Origin: Promethearchaeota archaeon
GTDB lineage: Archaea > Asgardarchaeota > Lokiarchaeia > Sigyniarchaeales > SOKP01
Length of the DNA stretch: 64,000 bases
Direction: 5' to 3'
NCBI GenBank assembly: GCA_011364975.1
Contig: RDOE01000006.1
Span: forward strand, 1-64,000
Positions 50,213-59,658 of the stretch are shown here, in pieces. Each line of letters opens with the position of its first letter. Within the stretch, counting starts at the first letter, position 1. The notes under the pieces are model-generated. The model was given only the letters and a program-made list of their open reading frames with translations, was not told the origin of the DNA and searched no databases. Both the position numbers and the translations under genes were made by a program.

Positions 50213-50833
50213 ATGAAAACAATGAAGCCTACAGATAAAGAACAAGAAACTGAAAAACTAACCCATATACTTACCCAGCTTCAAAATATATATTATAAAA
50301 AAAAAGAACATTTAGAAGAGTTAGAATTAGAAATAGCAGAATTGCACACTGCTATAAATAATTTAAGTTCACTTATTTCAGGAAAATCATTTGCTAGTGC
50401 TGATGAGTTATATCTAGATTTGAAATCTAATAAAAATCAAATTTCTGATAATGATTACTTTAAAGAAGATTTACCTGTAGAAAAGTTTAAAGGTACAAGT
50501 ATAAAAAGAAAAATTTTCTCAAGTGATAAGCATAATGAAGAAGATTTAATTTGTGTTTTAAATTTAATTGATCTGAAAAGAGTAGAAATTAAATTTGTTG
50601 ATCCTGAAAAAAGAGGTATAATAGAAACTTCTGAAGATTTTATAAAAATTTTTCTTAAGGGAGCTCTGATTAAAATTAAGGAGAGTAACCCAAACTTAAG
50701 CGTAAACTATAATTTTTTTAAAAATACAGATAAAATTGAGAAAATATATCTTTCAAATCTTACCTCAATTAAAGATTACGATCTCATAACTGAAAAAGTA
50801 CGTGAATTATTAGCCTGTGAGAAAACGAGTTAA
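50213..50833 (+). CDS. Hypothetical protein with N-terminal coiled coil
   Basis: Heptad-rich N-terminus, SFASADEL motif. Confidence 0.6.
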   Translation: MKTMKPTDKEQETEKLTHILTQLQNIYYKKKEHLEELELEIAELHTAINNLSSLISGKSFASADELYLDLKSNKNQISDNDYFKEDLPVEKFKGTSIKRKIFSSDKHNEEDLICVLNLIDLKRVEIKFVDPEKRGIIETSEDFIKIFLKGALIKIKESNPNLSVNYNFFKNTDKIEKIYLSNLTSIKDYDLITEKVRELLACEKTS

Positions 50834-50980
50834 TGAAAAGTTAATTTTGATAAAGTTTGAATAGTAATTATCATTACCAAAATATTATATTGAGATAACA
50901 TATCGATTAAAAAAAAATACAAAAAATTAATTATACATAATTTATATTATTTTTAAAACTATATTGGAAGTGCAAAAATA

Positions 50981-51793
50981 ATGGCGAAAAGGAAAAAATG
51001 GCTTATTATGCCAGTAATCCATTCAAAATTCAACGATAATAAACTTGAGGAAGCTCTCATCAATAAATCAAGAGATCTCTTAACTAAAGAACAAGGATTT
51101 GTTCCATCTTTTATATTTCTTTCAGGTAGTTTCTTCGATATTAAAGGATTTGTTTATACAGGACTTCGAGTTTGGAAGGGCGCAGTGAAACCTTCTGATT
51201 CAGATGAGGGTAGACGACCGTTATTAGAAGCAACGTTTGCCTCATTATCTGTATATCTTAGCTCACTTTTAGCGCTTCAATCAGATTTTTACTTCGCTTA
51301 CGATGAAATTAAAGATATCCTTCTAGATAAAAAAAGAGAAGATTTGTGGACAATCGTTTCCGAAAAGTTACCATTTATATCATTACCCCCTAAAGAAATG
51401 TATGGAAATCAAGTTTCTCCAATATCCCCTTATTACGTTATTGAACAAGATGATGAACTTATTTTAGGTGAAATTTATCCTTCTGCTTATTTAACTAAAA
51501 TTATTGACTCAATTAAGACCAGATTTTTTGTATTTTTTCAATATCAAGGATACTCTGCCTTTGGATTCTTTGATTCTCTCCCTGAGCGAACCAACTTCGG
51601 ATTTGAAGAAAGAGCAAGAAATTTTGATAATGATCCTTCACCAGAAAATTTAAAGAAGTATGCTGAAAATGCAAAAAATTTGAAGGAAGTATTAATTGCT
51701 TTAATTGAAGCACACAATAATGCTTATCTTGAGCAATTTTTAATTCCAGACTATGAATTACTATTAAACAAACTACTTGAGGGAGAAGCGTAA
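50981..51793 (+). CDS. Hypothetical protein translationally coupled to the small GTPase
   Basis: Stop overlaps the GTPase start (TAATG at 51791-51795). Confidence 0.65.
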   Translation: MAKRKKWLIMPVIHSKFNDNKLEEALINKSRDLLTKEQGFVPSFIFLSGSFFDIKGFVYTGLRVWKGAVKPSDSDEGRRPLLEATFASLSVYLSSLLALQSDFYFAYDEIKDILLDKKREDLWTIVSEKLPFISLPPKEMYGNQVSPISPYYVIEQDDELILGEIYPSAYLTKIIDSIKTRFFVFFQYQGYSAFGFFDSLPERTNFGFEERARNFDNDPSPENLKKYAENAKNLKEVLIALIEAHNNAYLEQFLIPDYELLLNKLLEGEA

Positions 51794-52428
51794 TGGTAAA
51801 CATTGGTTTATTAGGAGATATAAGTGTGGGAAAAACGTCAATCTTGCGATTGTTTGTAAGATACCTAAATAAGGGAGAAATTGAAAATGTACAAGGTGGA
51901 TTGAAATGTACGGTTGTTAAAACCGATTTCTCAGGTGAAGCTACGGTTCCTGGAGGAAATAAGGATGATTCTTTGAATGAAAAGGAAACTAAGACCATTC
52001 ATCCAAATAGAGTGGTATTTAGAGAAGATACATCAGGGAAAGCTCATACGATTTTCGCACCAGGCGGTGATAGACAGCGTGCAGTTGTCAAGATGGGTAT
52101 AATTACAATTTCTCGTATTGCTACTCAGATAATAGCTGTATTTTCCCTAGATAGAGAGTTAGAAAGGCAATTTGAATTCTTTAATGATGTTAGGTTCTTT
52201 CCAGACAAGATTTATGTTTGTATCAATAAAATAGACTTACTTGAAGGCGATAGAAATAAAAAACTCGAGGAATTGAGGGCAAAAATTACCACATTCTTTA
52301 GCAAAAGAAAAATAGCAATCAATGAATTTTTTGATACCTGCGGAGAAACAGTTGAAAATTTTGAAGAAGTACAAAAATTTAATAATCGTGTAGCAGAAAT
52401 GATTTTAGAAATCACTACCACACATTAA
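51793..52428 (+). CDS. Atypical small GTPase (Ras-like superfamily)
   Basis: G1 GDISVGKT, G2-like TKTIHP, G3 variant FAPGG (no Asp), G4 NKID, G5-like DTCG. Confidence 0.85.
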   Translation: MVNIGLLGDISVGKTSILRLFVRYLNKGEIENVQGGLKCTVVKTDFSGEATVPGGNKDDSLNEKETKTIHPNRVVFREDTSGKAHTIFAPGGDRQRAVVKMGIITISRIATQIIAVFSLDRELERQFEFFNDVRFFPDKIYVCINKIDLLEGDRNKKLEELRAKITTFFSKRKIAINEFFDTCGETVENFEEVQKFNNRVAEMILEITTTH

Positions 52429-52452
52429 GAGTCCTTTTAAAGTTAAATTTTC

Positions 52453-52968
52453 TCAATCTTTTACTTTTAAAGCGGTATTTAATAATAATCTAGCAATATC
52501 TAATTGATATCCAATTAGTGGAGTTAATTTAACTTGCTCTGTTTCTTTTCTTATTTCAATATATCCTAATACCTCTAATTCTTTTAAATCATCTTTTATA
52601 TATTTCTTATTACGTGCCTTCTGTATTTCTGATATGTATGCATTTCCTGATGATTTTAAACAATATATAAGAGTACAAAACAAAGTTGCGGCTAAACTTG
52701 GTTTTCCTTCAAAAGGATTAGCAGAAATCAATTCAGAAATTTCTGATTCAAATCTTATATACCAATAAGAATTTAAAGGGTTATACCTAATCTGCATTCC
52801 AATTGGCTGAAGATAATTTGATAACTGTACTAATAATTTTTGAAAATATATTGAACTATTTTTATCTTTAGCACCTAATACTTCTAAAATTTCTTCTTTA
52901 GGAGCACCAAATTGACCATTATATCCTTTTTTACTTAATAAATTCATTAATAAAGATATTTCATTCAT
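52453..52968 (-). CDS. KITE-like tandem winged-helix protein (Nse1/Nse3/ScpB-like)
   Basis: LLVQLSNYLQPIGMQIR (first wH) and DLKELEVLGYIEI..VKLTP (second wH); last gene of the SMC operon. Confidence 0.65.
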   Translation of the reverse strand: MNEISLLMNLLSKKGYNGQFGAPKEEILEVLGAKDKNSSIYFQKLLVQLSNYLQPIGMQIRYNPLNSYWYIRFESEISELISANPFEGKPSLAATLFCTLIYCLKSSGNAYISEIQKARNKKYIKDDLKELEVLGYIEIRKETEQVKLTPLIGYQLDIARLLLNTALKVKD

Positions 52969-52978
52969 AATTTTCTCC

Positions 52979-53629
52979 TCATAAATATAGCATATTAGTT
53001 TCTTTATGATATTTTATTCTCCCTTGCTGTAGAAGGTGTAACAAATAAATAAATTTCTCATAAATCTTAATCTGATCATTTTCCCCATCGAAGATTTGTT
53101 CAAATAAACACGGGAGTTTATCCCTAATTCCATCAAGAAAAATACTTAATTTTTCAATAAATTGCTGTTCTGGTATTTCAATTAAAAATTGTTCATTTGA
53201 AATTGCCCTTATAAGATGTTCAATTTCTAAATTAGATTCTTTCTCTTTACAGTACCGATTTTTAGCATAAGTTAAAAAATTTAAGGATAAATCCTCAATA
53301 TAAAAATTTTTATACCAGCAATGGTCAAATAAGCTACAAATTTCTTTATCTTCCGGTTTTTTCTTTAAGAAATTTATTATTTTCTGATCATCATCTAATA
53401 ATCTTAATAGTTTTTTTAATTCTTCAAATTTTTGCTCTAGAATTTCACAAGCTTTTTTATAGGTAGCAGAATAATTCTCTATATTAAAAATGTTAATAGA
53501 ATTCTCTATTTCATTAAAAAGGACACTTAATTCTAATTCTAATAAGGTAATTTTACCTGAAGTTATATCCTTCTTAATCATTTCAATCTTATTATCTAAT
53601 TCTAAAGACATATCCTTATGATTAATCAA
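52979..53629 (-). CDS. Kleisin-like protein (ScpA/Nse4-like)
   Basis: C-terminal FEQIF..IYEKFIYLLHLLQQGRI matches the kleisin C-terminal winged helix; N-terminal ACEILEQK helix; immediately downstream of SMC. Confidence 0.72.
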   Translation of the reverse strand: MINHKDMSLELDNKIEMIKKDITSGKITLLELELSVLFNEIENSINIFNIENYSATYKKACEILEQKFEELKKLLRLLDDDQKIINFLKKKPEDKEICSLFDHCWYKNFYIEDLSLNFLTYAKNRYCKEKESNLEIEHLIRAISNEQFLIEIPEQQFIEKLSIFLDGIRDKLPCLFEQIFDGENDQIKIYEKFIYLLHLLQQGRIKYHKETNMLYL

Positions 53630-53631
53630 TA

Positions 53632-56600
53632 TTATTCACTCACAAACTTTGGAATAAAAATGGTAGACGCTTCATTTTTCCCTACTCTTGCAACTCCTAT
53701 CAACTTATCAGCTAACTTATATAAAATGTTTGAGGATTTTGGGAGAAACATAAGCAATTGGATTGCATTCTTATCCAGAGTCGATTTAATCATTTGGTAT
53801 GACGCTTCAGCATTCCTCTCATCTAAAAACATTCCAGCCTCATCAAACATACATAAAGGTGATGGTTTCATTTCTTGCAGTGATAAAATTAAATTAATTG
53901 AAATCATCGAAATTTGTCCACCACTTAATGCAGTAAATGTTTTTAGTTGGTCTTTTGAAGTTGCAGCTTTAATTTCTATTCCTAAATCCTCAAAATTGCC
54001 AATTAAACTCAATAAACAAAACGCTTTAATATTCGAATCTTCAAATCTTTTATTTACCTTTAAATTTAAATCTTCCAGAGCTAATTTAAATCGCTTATAA
54101 TAGGTCTCCTCAAGTTTATCTTCTGTGTTAATAGCAGCTTTAATGTCAATATCAAGTTTCTTTTGATTTCTTGTTATTTGTTTTAAATTACTCAATATTT
54201 GTTCTCGTTCGATTAAAATGGATTCATCCACGTCATAGTATTTTAATAATTTTTTATTAATTTCTAAAACATCCTTTTCAATCTCCTCAACAGGTCGCAT
54301 AGTAATAGAACTAAATTTAGAGAAATTTCCAATTTTTGTTTCAATTCGTTCTAAATCTTCCATTTTATGCTTTAATTGATGAATAAGCGAAGAATGGTTT
54401 ATATTTTCTTGTTCTAAAGACAATTTCAATTGCAAATCATATTTGTTTAATGTATTTTTTTCATTATTTAATTCCACTTTATTATCTTTAAGTTTTTTCA
54501 AATAGCTTTCAATTTTTTCTAGTTCTTCCTCGATTTTTTCTAGATTTTTGTATATTTCAAACGCTTTTTTGTCTAATTTTTTAAAATTTTCCTCTTTTCC
54601 CCTAAAATCATTTTTAAATGTTTGTAACGAATTGCTAGATATAAGCATTTTTTCAATTAATTCTTGATTTACTTGAAATATTTCGCTTAATTTCAAATTC
54701 CATTTAGTAATTTCTTTGTTTTTAGTATTAAGCTCTATAGGTATTTCTTTAAGCCTATCATTCCATTTGAAAAAATTCGGTTCTTTCTGTTTTTCTAATT
54801 CTTTTATATGAGAATTGAATTGATCAACTTTTTTCTTTATATTAGAGTTAGATTCCTCCAAGGAATAAATTAAGTTATATAATTTATTTTTCTTTTCTGT
54901 TAATCGTTGTTTCTGAGTAAAATGGTAGAGTAGATCATTAAAAATTTCTTTCTTTTTATAAATACTTCTCTGAATCTCATCCATTTTGGATTGATTAGTC
55001 CTTAAAATATCAAATTTATTGTTTATATCAATTATTTCTCGTTCTAATATTTCTGCTTGTTCCTTTTGAGTACCAGTACTTAATAAACCCTTTAATCTTT
55101 TAATATGTGGGCTTTCATAAACATACTTATAGGAAACAATCTGTTCCCCCTTTAAAGTTACACACTTACCATTAAAATTATCATGAGTATATAGATATCT
55201 TCCAGATTGATAATCTTTAACAACAACACAATTTTTAACCTTGGAATATATTACTTTTTGAATATCCAAATCATTATTTAATATTTTAATAAGCTGAACT
55301 AAGTAACCTATTAACCCATCAGCTCTCATCTCGGGATATGAAGTGAGATGCACATTTTTAGGGAGATAGATATTACAATATGCATTGTATTTGTTCTTCA
55401 ACTTTCTAAAAAGATTTAGACTATCCCAATCCTTAGCAATAAAGCTGTGGAGTAATCTCTCACCAAGGACAGATTCAATGGCATAACTTAGTTCATCATT
55501 ATAACTTAAATATTCGATAATAGGACCCTTTACCTTATCACTTAATCCTCTTTTACTTATTTCTTCTTTTAAAACATTAATATTAGCAGGTAAGACAATT
55601 CTACGTTCTTTTAGAGCATTTTGTAAATCCTTTAACTTATTTATTTTTTTTGTTCTCTCATAATTTAACTGCTCAAGTTCAACTTTAGTATCGAATAGTT
55701 TTAAGCTTGAATCTTTAAGCTCCTCATCAAATTGTTTCATTAAATCCTTAGTTGGGTTATCTAAGAACCACTTATTATTTTCCAATTTATGATTGATATC
55801 TTCTAAACTTTGAAATATATCGTTAATATCTTTTTCAGTATTATTTACAACTTCATTATTTTCAATAATATTTTTTTCTAAAGCATCTTTTTGCATTAAA
55901 AGTCCATTATACTCCTCCAAGAATTCACGGTTTTCTTTAACTTTCTTAGTTAATTGATTTTGTTCGTCTATAAGGGTCTCTAATTTATTTTTTAACAAAT
56001 CTTTTTCTTTGTTAGCGGTTTCAATTTCCTGTTCTATTTTCTTCTTTTGATTTTCTAAATTTTTATATTCTTTTTCTTTTATCACAATTTTTTCTGAATA
56101 CTGGTCAAGATCTTGTTTCATTATGATTTTTTCTTTTTGCCAGACTTGAATTTGATTCAAATAATCTTTTTTTTTAAAAGTATACTCTCCCATATCTAAA
56201 GTAATTCTACTTATATCATCCTCAATAATAGAAATTTTCTCTTCTACATTCTCTATTTGCTTTATATTATGATTAATATCATCTTTTAATTGATAGATTA
56301 TTTCTTCAGCTTTCTTTACATGTCTTTCAAGGTCTTCAATCTCGCTCTTTAATTTTTCTTTATTTGCCCATAGAAGCTCATCTTCATATTCTTGTTTCTC
56401 ATTTAGCAGTTTCTTTTTTTGTTCTAGTCTTATTAATTTTGGTTTTAATAATTCTAAATTAAAATTTAATGTATTCCTTTTAGTAATAAGGCTTTCAAAA
56501 TCTCTTTTAAGCCTATATACACTGTCCTTTTGTTGAAGAATTTCTTCACGTAAACTTTTAAGCCCAATACCTTCCTCCAAAAAGTTACAGAGTTCTACTG

Positions 56601-57096
56601 GCTTAAGATTTTTAATTGCATCAATTTTACCTTGACTTACAAAAGCAAAGTGGTTATCAGGATTGATCTGTAAATTCGTAACAAGCTTTTGAAGGTCATT
56701 AGCATGAAATTTACTGAATTTTGCATAACCCTTTCTTTGAATTTCATAATAAGGCGCTTTTCCACGAAGAACTATCCTTCTGATTTTGATTAATTCTTCG
56801 TTATATTGAATATGTAACTCCACCATTGCATGATTTTGGCCATTTCTTATAAAATCTGACCATTTTTTATAACGATCGTCTCTTTCATTGCTTCCAAGAA
56901 CAAATTTAATCGCTTGAAAAATTGAGGTTTTTCCACTCCAGTTAGGACCAATTATTAAAATAAGTCTTGGTGATTCACTTCTACTAGTTCCAGTAAAATC
57001 TACTTCATCTCTTTGGAAAGAGAGGAAATTTTCTAAGATTAGTTTTTTTAAATGGATATTATCGCTCTGATTTAAGGATGAAGTAACCGTTTTAAT
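53632..57096 (-). CDS. SMC protein, SMC5/6-related (up to 1154 aa; non-canonical start)
   Basis: Walker A GPNWSGKT and LENFLSF lie in frame upstream of the tracked ATG 56826; Q-loop FVSQG, hinge (KGPIIEYL..AIESVLG..CVTLKGE), signature LSGGQ, Walker B MFDE, long coiled coils. Confidence 0.92.
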   Translation of the reverse strand: MKTVTSSLNQSDNIHLKKLILENFLSFQRDEVDFTGTSRSESPRLILIIGPNWSGKTSIFQAIKFVLGSNERDDRYKKWSDFIRNGQNHAMVELHIQYNEELIKIRRIVLRGKAPYYEIQRKGYAKFSKFHANDLQKLVTNLQINPDNHFAFVSQGKIDAIKNLKPVELCNFLEEGIGLKSLREEILQQKDSVYRLKRDFESLITKRNTLNFNLELLKPKLIRLEQKKKLLNEKQEYEDELLWANKEKLKSEIEDLERHVKKAEEIIYQLKDDINHNIKQIENVEEKISIIEDDISRITLDMGEYTFKKKDYLNQIQVWQKEKIIMKQDLDQYSEKIVIKEKEYKNLENQKKKIEQEIETANKEKDLLKNKLETLIDEQNQLTKKVKENREFLEEYNGLLMQKDALEKNIIENNEVVNNTEKDINDIFQSLEDINHKLENNKWFLDNPTKDLMKQFDEELKDSSLKLFDTKVELEQLNYERTKKINKLKDLQNALKERRIVLPANINVLKEEISKRGLSDKVKGPIIEYLSYNDELSYAIESVLGERLLHSFIAKDWDSLNLFRKLKNKYNAYCNIYLPKNVHLTSYPEMRADGLIGYLVQLIKILNNDLDIQKVIYSKVKNCVVVKDYQSGRYLYTHDNFNGKCVTLKGEQIVSYKYVYESPHIKRLKGLLSTGTQKEQAEILEREIIDINNKFDILRTNQSKMDEIQRSIYKKKEIFNDLLYHFTQKQRLTEKKNKLYNLIYSLEESNSNIKKKVDQFNSHIKELEKQKEPNFFKWNDRLKEIPIELNTKNKEITKWNLKLSEIFQVNQELIEKMLISSNSLQTFKNDFRGKEENFKKLDKKAFEIYKNLEKIEEELEKIESYLKKLKDNKVELNNEKNTLNKYDLQLKLSLEQENINHSSLIHQLKHKMEDLERIETKIGNFSKFSSITMRPVEEIEKDVLEINKKLLKYYDVDESILIEREQILSNLKQITRNQKKLDIDIKAAINTEDKLEETYYKRFKLALEDLNLKVNKRFEDSNIKAFCLLSLIGNFEDLGIEIKAATSKDQLKTFTALSGGQISMISINLILSLQEMKPSPLCMFDEAGMFLDERNAEASYQMIKSTLDKNAIQLLMFLPKSSNILYKLADKLIGVARVGKNEASTIFIPKFVSE

Positions 57097-57108
57097 TCAC
57101 CACTTCTA

Positions 57109-58392
57109 TTAATCATACCCAAAAACTTTTTTTATTTGATCAATTCGTTTCTTTCCTTTCTCAAGACGAATTTGCGCCATTTTAGGGTGTTCATTTAAAA
57201 GAAAGGGATATTTTCCCAACAATTTTCTATCATTATCTTCTAGTACTTCATTCTTGCTTAATTTTTCAATAATTATAATTAGTTCATTATAATTTTTAGA
57301 AGCAGCATCTTCATAGAGTTGTTCTAGCATAAATTCAGAAATATTTTCATTTTGAAAATGATTGATGTAATCAGTGGTAATTTTTTCTTGTTCCTCAAGT
57401 GAGATCATCCCCTTCTTTGAGTTTACATTAAAGGGAGAATCTTCTGATTGCTCAACATTAATGTAAGTTCTCTTGTTAGATTTATATTTAATTGCGGACG
57501 ATGGAATAAACTCTCCCTCATCAATTATATTCACCAAAATATCTGTAATTTCGTTACTTAAATTATTCAATTCAGAATTTAAAAAATGTTTAAAGATACC
57601 TACTTTTAAAAGCTGAGATAAATCCTCAACTTCCCAATCTTGCGTTTTTTCAACTATAGTATCAATATCGAATACAATTTTCGGGTTATTTTCTGAAAAG
57701 TTTTTTAATAGCTCCTGCCGTTCAATATTATCTAATATAGGTATCTTTATGAACAAATCAAAAATATAATATATTTTATTTTGATTTGCTAAGATATCAT
57801 CATAACAATTATTAATCCAAATCAATATGGTGTGATTTTTAATGAAAAAATCAGAATTTTTGAAATAGTTAATAAACCTGGAAAGAAAGTATTTTTCTGT
57901 AAAAAAATAGGGTGGAAACTCACGTTCATTAAAAATTAAAATCTTAAAATTATTTTTTGAATCTCCTAAATTATTATTTTCAATAGAAGATTGTTGAGAG
58001 ATTTCCTTTTTTATATTTTTATTTGATTGATTAATTATAAATTCTTCAATAACTATAGGAAAATCATCTATAAAGTCTTTCGGATTACTAAATATTTCAT
58101 TATAATTCAATTCTATTAATTTTAACTGATAGTTTTTAGAAATCAGCTTTAAGTAAAATTCGATATCACTACCTGGATTGATGTTTATTAATAGGCAACC
58201 CTTCGGGTTTATATATCTTAAATAATCGACACTAACAGTATCTTCGAAATTGGTTAAAATGATTTTTAAATAATTGATTATTGTATTATATTTCTTTCGA
58301 TAAAATATATCTGCTTCATCAATATTGATTTCGGTTGATGAAGTTATTCGAAAATATTTCACTTGGTTCAAATCTTCTTTCGATCTTTCCAT
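57109..58392 (-). CDS. Degenerate AAA+ (Cdc48/PAN-like) domain protein
   Basis: PKGCLLININPGSDI at the Walker A position (no GKT), ILIFNE at Walker B, IFDLFIKIPILDNIERQELL..DIDTIVEKTQDWEVEDL lid region. Confidence 0.65.
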   Translation of the reverse strand: MERSKEDLNQVKYFRITSSTEINIDEADIFYRKKYNTIINYLKIILTNFEDTVSVDYLRYINPKGCLLININPGSDIEFYLKLISKNYQLKLIELNYNEIFSNPKDFIDDFPIVIEEFIINQSNKNIKKEISQQSSIENNNLGDSKNNFKILIFNEREFPPYFFTEKYFLSRFINYFKNSDFFIKNHTILIWINNCYDDILANQNKIYYIFDLFIKIPILDNIERQELLKNFSENNPKIVFDIDTIVEKTQDWEVEDLSQLLKVGIFKHFLNSELNNLSNEITDILVNIIDEGEFIPSSAIKYKSNKRTYINVEQSEDSPFNVNSKKGMISLEEQEKITTDYINHFQNENISEFMLEQLYEDAASKNYNELIIIIEKLSKNEVLEDNDRKLLGKYPFLLNEHPKMAQIRLEKGKKRIDQIKKVFGYD

Positions 58393-58665
58393 AATGGATT
58401 CATACTCATTATCGGCTTAAATTTATGAACATTATTTTCATGTAAATTCACACATAAATATTTAGTGATACTATTTTAGGTTTTGACTAAAGTTTTTATC
58501 CGTATATTGTTAAAATAATAGAACATCTTATAATTTATCAATTAAATTAGGTCTTTATAACCAATATGACTTATTAAAAATATTGAATTGCGAATCAGCG
58601 TTCAATTATTAAAAATTCATTTTTCAATATTGATGTCAAGAATAGGAAAAAGTAAGTTCTTAAAG

Positions 58666-58920
58666 TTATTTTTTACCTTCCTTACCATAAATACAAAACC
58701 AGCCGCCTTCTAGTTCATACTTCTCAAAGATCCCACAACCAAAGCAGAAACATCCATTATCTTTTATTTCAGATAAATGCTGGTCTGTTTTTCCCCGTGA
58801 ACAGAAAAGAGCATGTGGTTCTATTTCATTTAACTTATTTGGTTTAAATGAAGGACAAGAACCACAAAATTGGCGACAAACTTTAATAGAATCCTCCGTA
58901 TCGGGGACAGGATCTGGCAT
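58666..58920 (-). CDS. Small Cys-rich protein (DUF2769-like)
   Basis: C..FCGSCPSF, LFCSRGK, GCFCFGC, WFCIYG. Confidence 0.75.
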   Translation of the reverse strand: MPDPVPDTEDSIKVCRQFCGSCPSFKPNKLNEIEPHALFCSRGKTDQHLSEIKDNGCFCFGCGIFEKYELEGGWFCIYGKEGKK

Positions 58921-59094
58921 TATAATCTCTTAAAATTTAATTAATAAAATAGATTTTTAAATCTGATAATTCTCAACTATATTCAAAAGAACTTTATCAC
59001 CATTTAAAGTTAATATTTATAGTTTATTAGTTAAAATTGTAAAGAAGCAGAGTTTAAATTAATTTTCAGAATTGAATGACAACATACTTAGGTT

Positions 59095-59502
59095 TTAGTC
59101 AAATTGCAATTCTTTTTTAATCTGATTTAAATATTGATTGAAATTCTCTTTAAGAAGTGAATAATATGTAAATTTTCCTTTTTTCCAACCACGTATAAGA
59201 TTTAATTTCTCTAACTCTCTTAAATGATGCGAAATAGAAGGCTGAGACTTATCTAAAATTGTTTCCAATTCACATACGCATCTATCTTTATCCTTTAGAA
59301 CGTTTATTATAATTAATCGTTCCCTATTTCCAACTACGCTAAAAAAATCAACTATTTGATTAATTTTAGTATCTGTTTGTAACTCTTTTCCTATTCGCTG
59401 TAAAGATATGAAAAGCGTATTAATATCTTTACATTCATCACAAGAACATAACATTTTTTTTATATCATTTTGTCGTTTAGTTTTAATTTGACGCACCACC
59501 AT
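59095..59502 (-). CDS. arsR: ArsR/SmtB family metalloregulator
   Basis: RLIII..L..DRCVCEL, SQPSISHHLRELE, KKGKFTYYSL; extra N-terminal CSCDEC; divergent from acr3 operon. Confidence 0.9.
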   Translation of the reverse strand: MVVRQIKTKRQNDIKKMLCSCDECKDINTLFISLQRIGKELQTDTKINQIVDFFSVVGNRERLIIINVLKDKDRCVCELETILDKSQPSISHHLRELEKLNLIRGWKKGKFTYYSLLKENFNQYLNQIKKELQFD

Positions 59503-59572
59503 TAGAGTATTATAATCTCAACAATATACATTATAGTTATAAAATTATAAAAGTTTTATTCAAATAAATTTT

Positions 59573-59624
59573 TTTCGATTCAAATCGAAATCTTTTTATT
59601 TGAGATAGAATAATAAGATCTCAA
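59573..59624. promoter_or_regulatory. Candidate ArsR operator(s) in the divergent promoter region
   Basis: TTTCGATT-CA-AATCGAAA (59573-59590) and TTGAGAT-N11-ATCTCAA (59600-59624) inverted repeats. Confidence 0.45.
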
Positions 59625-59658
59625 GCTCTAACCAATTATATTTAAATTTAATATAATA

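Noticed and set aside
53632-56826. SMC as a Walker A-less pseudogene, as the ORF track implies
   Set aside because: The frame stays open for 90 more codons upstream and contains LENFLSF and GPNWSGKT; only a canonical start codon is missing
52453-58392. Four-gene SMC operon as Wadjet (JetABCD) or SbcCD/Rad50-Mre11
   Set aside because: No Toprim nuclease or Mre11 phosphoesterase, no CxxC zinc hook, a true SMC hinge is present, and gene order and head motifs differ from JetC/MukB
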